Assembly (NCBI RefSeq): GCF_009914755.1
Contig: NC_060939.1
Direction: 5' to 3' (one strand)
DNA length: 64,000 nt
Source of the DNA: the human T2T-CHM13v2.0 reference genome, Homo sapiens
Part shown: positions 57,101-64,000 of the stretch, piece by piece
How the letters are laid out: every line of letters begins with the position of its first letter
How positions within the stretch are numbered: the first letter of the stretch is position 1
The notes under the pieces: model-generated
Databases searched by the model: none
The model's input: only the letters and a program-made list of their open reading frames with translations
Told to the model about the DNA's origin: nothing
Translations under genes and position numbers: made by a program

Positions 57101-57744
57101 AGCTAGAACATAGGTCCCTGGCTCTCATGCTAGGGCTCCTCTTGATTAATTGATTCCAGGAGTAACTCAGGCTACCAAAGCCCCTTACAAATGTAGCAAG
57201 GCTTTGGGGCAAGACCATATTGTCCACTCGGGCTATCCAATGACACCTGTTGGCATTTCTTCATCACTTCACCCTGACTCAGAAGTTAATTCTCATAAGC
57301 ATAGTCCTTCTGCCTCTGCACAGGTCTTGGGGTGACAGGCAGCCAGGATTCCAGCTCTACTTTTACCATCAACATGCAGCTTGATCTTGGCCATGAATTG
57401 TCTTCTCTTTGGGGCTCAGTTTACCCACTGTTAAAAAGAGGCCTGTTTTTGACATTGTCCTAGCAATTTGCAGAACTGTTTCAGGAGCCTTCAAGGGGTG
57501 GTGCACATGATCCAAGCCTGTGTGTGGGGCTGGGGGAGTAGGGATTCAGTCCCTACTACAATCAGAGACAGCTCTCCTTACATCTATTCTAATGACGGGT
57601 TCATAAGGACTTCTAATCAAATTAAGATTTCTATTGCTTACAAAGTACTTAAAAACCTCTGGTCTAGCTGACATTTGGGGGCCACAGCTCTAGTGACCTA
57701 GGAGCCTCATGGCTGAGGCAAAGCGGGCTGTCTCTGCAAGGCTC

Positions 57745-57890
57745 CACACAGCTGCGCCTTCCACGTGGCGCCACTTATGAGCAAGTGGGAACATCCATCA
57801 CGAGGCACTGGGGACAGCTGGGCGGGCAGGCGGGCGGGCGGGTCCCCATTGTGGAGGCTGTTTTGGGGACTTTCTGAGTATTGGTAAGTG
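57745..57890 (+). promoter_or_regulatory. small promoter/enhancer-like element followed by a consensus splice donor
   Basis: CCACGTGG 57761, CCACTT-N6-AAGTGG 57771-57788, tandem GGGCGG boxes 57820-57842, TTG|GTAAGT at 57883/57884. Confidence 0.35.
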
Positions 57891-59262
57891 TGAATCAGGC
57901 CCCAGATTTTCCATTTCCTCTGCCCATTGCTCTTTCAGAAGAGCTTGTAAGTGTGTGCTTCAGCAAAATGCAGGTGCTGAAAGTTCCACGCGTCCAAAGA
58001 GGGTGTGGGAGAGAGTAGAGGGCTGGGCGCAGGTGGGCACCGGGCATTTCCACTGTGGGTGGTACCCTGAGGGTGAACAGCCTGTCCCACCTGCAGCCCT
58101 TCTGAGGGTCCACTCCCTCGTCAGCTTAGGTGCTCTGGGGCTCTTAAGTGTCTCTTTGTCCTGAGCGTCTGAGATTTGAAGCAGCCAAGGCTTGTGTGGT
58201 GGCCCCAGTGTTAAGAGAGGGCTGCTCTGCCGGCCAAGATGGCCCTGGTCCCTACACATGTGCAGATGCAAGCCTGGCCTGCTATTGACTTCCTTTGACC
58301 TCGTTCAAAGATTAAATACAATGTGTATGTGCAGCACTTCAGAGTACGCCCAACGCTTCCTAACCACGATCTCATTTGGCCTCACACAAATCTGAGAGGG
58401 AGGCACAGCAGGGAACACTGTGATGCCATGTGAGATTCACATGTGGGGTGGAAACAGGTCTTTGGGCTCTAAGGCCAGCGCTCTTTGCTCTCCACTACGG
58501 CACCTCCCAACTCAGCCTCCGTCCTTGGCTTCATTTTTTACTTCTCCATCATTAAGAAGGGAAGCATTACTAAAGACATTTCCTTGGCATTTCTTACCCA
58601 GCTTCAGTTATTAAAATGACAGTTTAAGGATTTGTTCCTGCGGTCATTCATTTATTCACTCACTCTCTGAATCACTTGTTTATACACTCACCTCATTTGT
58701 TTAGTTGCTCACCCCACACAGGTAGCCATTTGTTCACTCATTTATTCATTCATTCAAGTCCTTTTTGAATGCCTACTATGTGCTCAGCTGATGGTGGGCA
58801 TCAGGGAACACAAAGAATGCTGAGTCAAGATTCCTGACTTTGAGAAGCTTGTCACACTCTCATTGAGGAACAATGGAAAGGGGTGTCCTGTGTGGTTTCT
58901 CAGTCACAGAGGATCCAGTTTTATTTGTTCTTACCATTGAATGCTAATAGATATTGCTTATTATATGGCTTTCCAAAGTCCCAGATATGTTCTGGTTGGG
59001 AAAATGCTGGGCTAGGTGAGTTTTAGGTGCCTGCAGTGCTGGAATCCCATGGCTCTTTAGGAGCTTAGAGAAAGGAGGGTACTGATAGTTGAGGTGGCCA
59101 GGGAAGGGTTCATGGAAGAGGTGGGAGTTGAACTCGGCTTGGGAGGTCGTGGGGGATTTGTGAACAGAAAGAGGAGAGGAGCAGAGGCCCAGGATGGCAG
59201 GAGGGGCAGAAGTGAAGTCCCATGCATGTTCAGCAGCTCTGGATAGGCAGCCAGGCCAGGTC

Positions 59263-59424
59263 TGTGTGTGCATGTGTGTGCATGCATGTGTGTGTGCATG
59301 AGTGTATGTGTGCGTGCATGTGTGTGTATGCATGCATATGCATGCATGTACATGTATGTGTGTGCATGTGTGCATGCATGTGTGTGCGTGCATGTGTGTG
59401 TGTACTCGTGCATGTGTGTGTGTG
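59263..59424. repeat. (TG)n/(TGCA)n alternating purine-pyrimidine tract
   Basis: ~160 bp with only two breaks in RY alternation. Confidence 0.92.
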
Positions 59425-59759
59425 GTGGGGGGAGGCGAGCATGGGAGCAGAGCAAAGAGGAGGGTTGTTGTCTGGGGAGGGCGAGGTTTATGTGCAGGAG
59501 GCTGTGGAAGCACCTGCCTCTGGCCCTTTTGCCTGTGACTATTTGGCTTTGTGTCAGTTGCATCTGATGTGTGAGGGGGCAGCCGCTCTCAGCAAATTTC
59601 CCTCTAGCTTTAACAAGAAATATGGGCTTTGCTCGTTGTGTGGGTGATAAGACACCCTTTGCCTCTTTCAGCTTTTGGCCATACAAGCATAAGCAAATAA
59701 TGTTTTTCTCTCCCTCCTTTTTAATTGATTTTTCTTACAGGGAAGTGAGAGGGAGAAAA

Positions 59760-60048
59760 CAATGAACTTTGAGTGCAAAAAGAGAAGGAAGGAAAAGGTA
59801 GAAGAGAAAGAGAGAGAGGAGACAAAGGAGGAAAAAGGTGGTAGAGAATGGTAAGGAATGGTTAAGAAAGATAAAAGTTAAAAAAGAAGAAAGAAAAGGA
59901 AATGGTTAGAGAAGAGATGGTGTTAAAGGGAGTCTGGAGGGGAGAGAAGAGGGGAAGAAAAAGAGAGAGGAAAGAGCAAAAGGAAGAGAGGGAAGAGAAA
60001 AAAGGGTACTAGAAGAAGAGAAAACAGGAATATAAAGAATAAGAAAGG
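59760..60048. repeat. GA-rich low-complexity tract
   Basis: purine-rich run seen directly. Confidence 0.8.
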
Positions 60049-60454
60049 CCAATGGCAGTGTCTCAATTCTCTCTAGAGCTTTGGCTAATTTTTTTTTTTT
60101 TTTTGCCAAAAATACTTGGGATAAATACCTGGATTCCTCAGAACCTGAATGCCCCAGAGGACCAACTTTACAGGGTTAATTACACAATAAACTGCCTTTC
60201 CAGATGGCTGTTTCCGCATCTGCAGAGAGGAAAAGGAGTGGCTGCCTGGGGTCCCCTCTCTCCTCAGCCTCCTGTGGCTGTGCGTTGCCATGTGCACCAT
60301 CTCCATGTGGATAAGAACCTCTCACAGACTCTCTCCCTAACAAGCAGTGTCATAGGTGGTGATGGCAGCAGTTGTCATAGAAATGCCTCTCTCTGTCTTC
60401 CCACTGACATGACCATTCTTAAGAAAACAACGTCACACGCACACACCTCTCTCA

Positions 60455-62995
<2,541 letters not shown>

Positions 62996-63013
62996 AAAAA
63001 ATAATCAAAGCTC

Positions 63014-63057
63014 TGTGTGTGCGTGTGTGTGTGTTTGTGTGTTCATATGTATGTGTG
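63014..63057. repeat. imperfect (TG)n microsatellite
   Basis: seen directly. Confidence 0.85.
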
Positions 63058-64000
63058 CTGAATCTGAATTTTCTACTCTTCTGTAGGTAGTCGGGAGAGC
63101 CAGAGTTAATATGATCTGTTATTTACCTTCATGCCCTCAGTCTCCTCACCTGTGAAATGGGATCATAATGCTCGACTCTCAGGGCTGTGTGAGAATGAAA
63201 TGAGACCGCTTATATGAACAGGATGTAGGTCTAATCTTTCATGCATCTGTGTCTTCCCTATTCAAGGAAGTTGGCTTTTCCTAAGGGCAGGAACTGTGTG
63301 ACTCCTTGACCTGTAAGAGAAAGTGTTGTACGGGGTGTTCATTAGGATCTAAAGTTAAGCTTTAAAGTTCTGGGACCATGTTGAGTTCCAGCCTTGACAT
63401 TATCTCATGCTTCTTGCATGACTTTAGGCAACTCACCATCTGCCCATGGGCTCCAGCTCCTTGGGATCAGATGAGAAAATGGCTATGCTCCCTTCAAGAG
63501 CTAACAGGATGTGATTCTCTTTTAACCTCACAATTAAAAGTCACAGCCATCTCATAGTTTGTCTGGGTCAGGGATGGCCTCGCAGGGCTCTCAGGCTGGG
63601 CTACTGCCCATGGACAGATGGATTGACCAGTGGAAGGATGGAGTAATTATGCTCACACATGGCAGCAGGGGTCTTCTTCTGTTTTGTCCACTTATGTGTC
63701 GCCAGTACCCAGAGCCGGGTATGGCTTTTGGTGAATGCTCAGCACTCATTGACTGAATGAAGAATGAATGGAAAGATGGACTGATGGATAGATTGCCTGC
63801 AAGACAGGCTGTGTGGCTGACTTGAGATAGTGTCCTCAGGACCTCCTTGACTGGCCTTGGACCCATTAAGGAGGGAAGGAGAGAGGTGAAGGTAAAGGTG
63901 ATGCAGGAGGAGAGAGACCTCCTGCATCATCTTTGTCTTCCTTGGACAGCCTGGTGGAGGCTGGGGTTTGCGTCTCTCACTGTGTGCATGCTGAACAAAT

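Noticed and set aside
58944-59686. His/Thr- and Cys/Val-rich ORFs of 141-209 aa
   Set aside because: They are produced by the (TG)/(TGCA) repeat

Overview
Primate (very probably human) euchromatic non-coding DNA, intronic or intergenic, dense in interspersed repeats. It contains about 10 Alus plus a FLAM, many MIR/L2 remnants, MaLR/ERVL solo LTRs, small hAT-type MER elements and old L1M fragments. One full-length minus-strand L1PA4-like LINE-1 (45104-51233) is flanked by a 21-bp TSD. I recognise no host protein-coding exon; apart from the L1 frames, the ORF track is explained by repeats, low complexity or chance. Most notable: (1) the L1 has dead ORF1/ORF2 but an uninterrupted 114-codon antisense ORF0 frame with splice donors pointing into candidate + strand exons, and it keeps the ~129-bp ZNF93-target segment; (2) a hAT transposase dimerisation-domain fossil missed by the ORF track (~41390-41636, minus); (3) a young, 98%-identical spaced 135-bp duplication (15300/15818); (4) a symmetric forkhead-rich enhancer-like element (~22620-22980) next to a MER20; (5) a small E-box/GC-box promoter-like element with a perfect splice donor (~57745-57890), followed by a cluster of 13 UGCAUG motifs upstream of a strong acceptor. 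Repeat subfamily names come from recalled consensus features, not from a RepeatMasker run. I cannot support a wholly new biological system from sequence alone.
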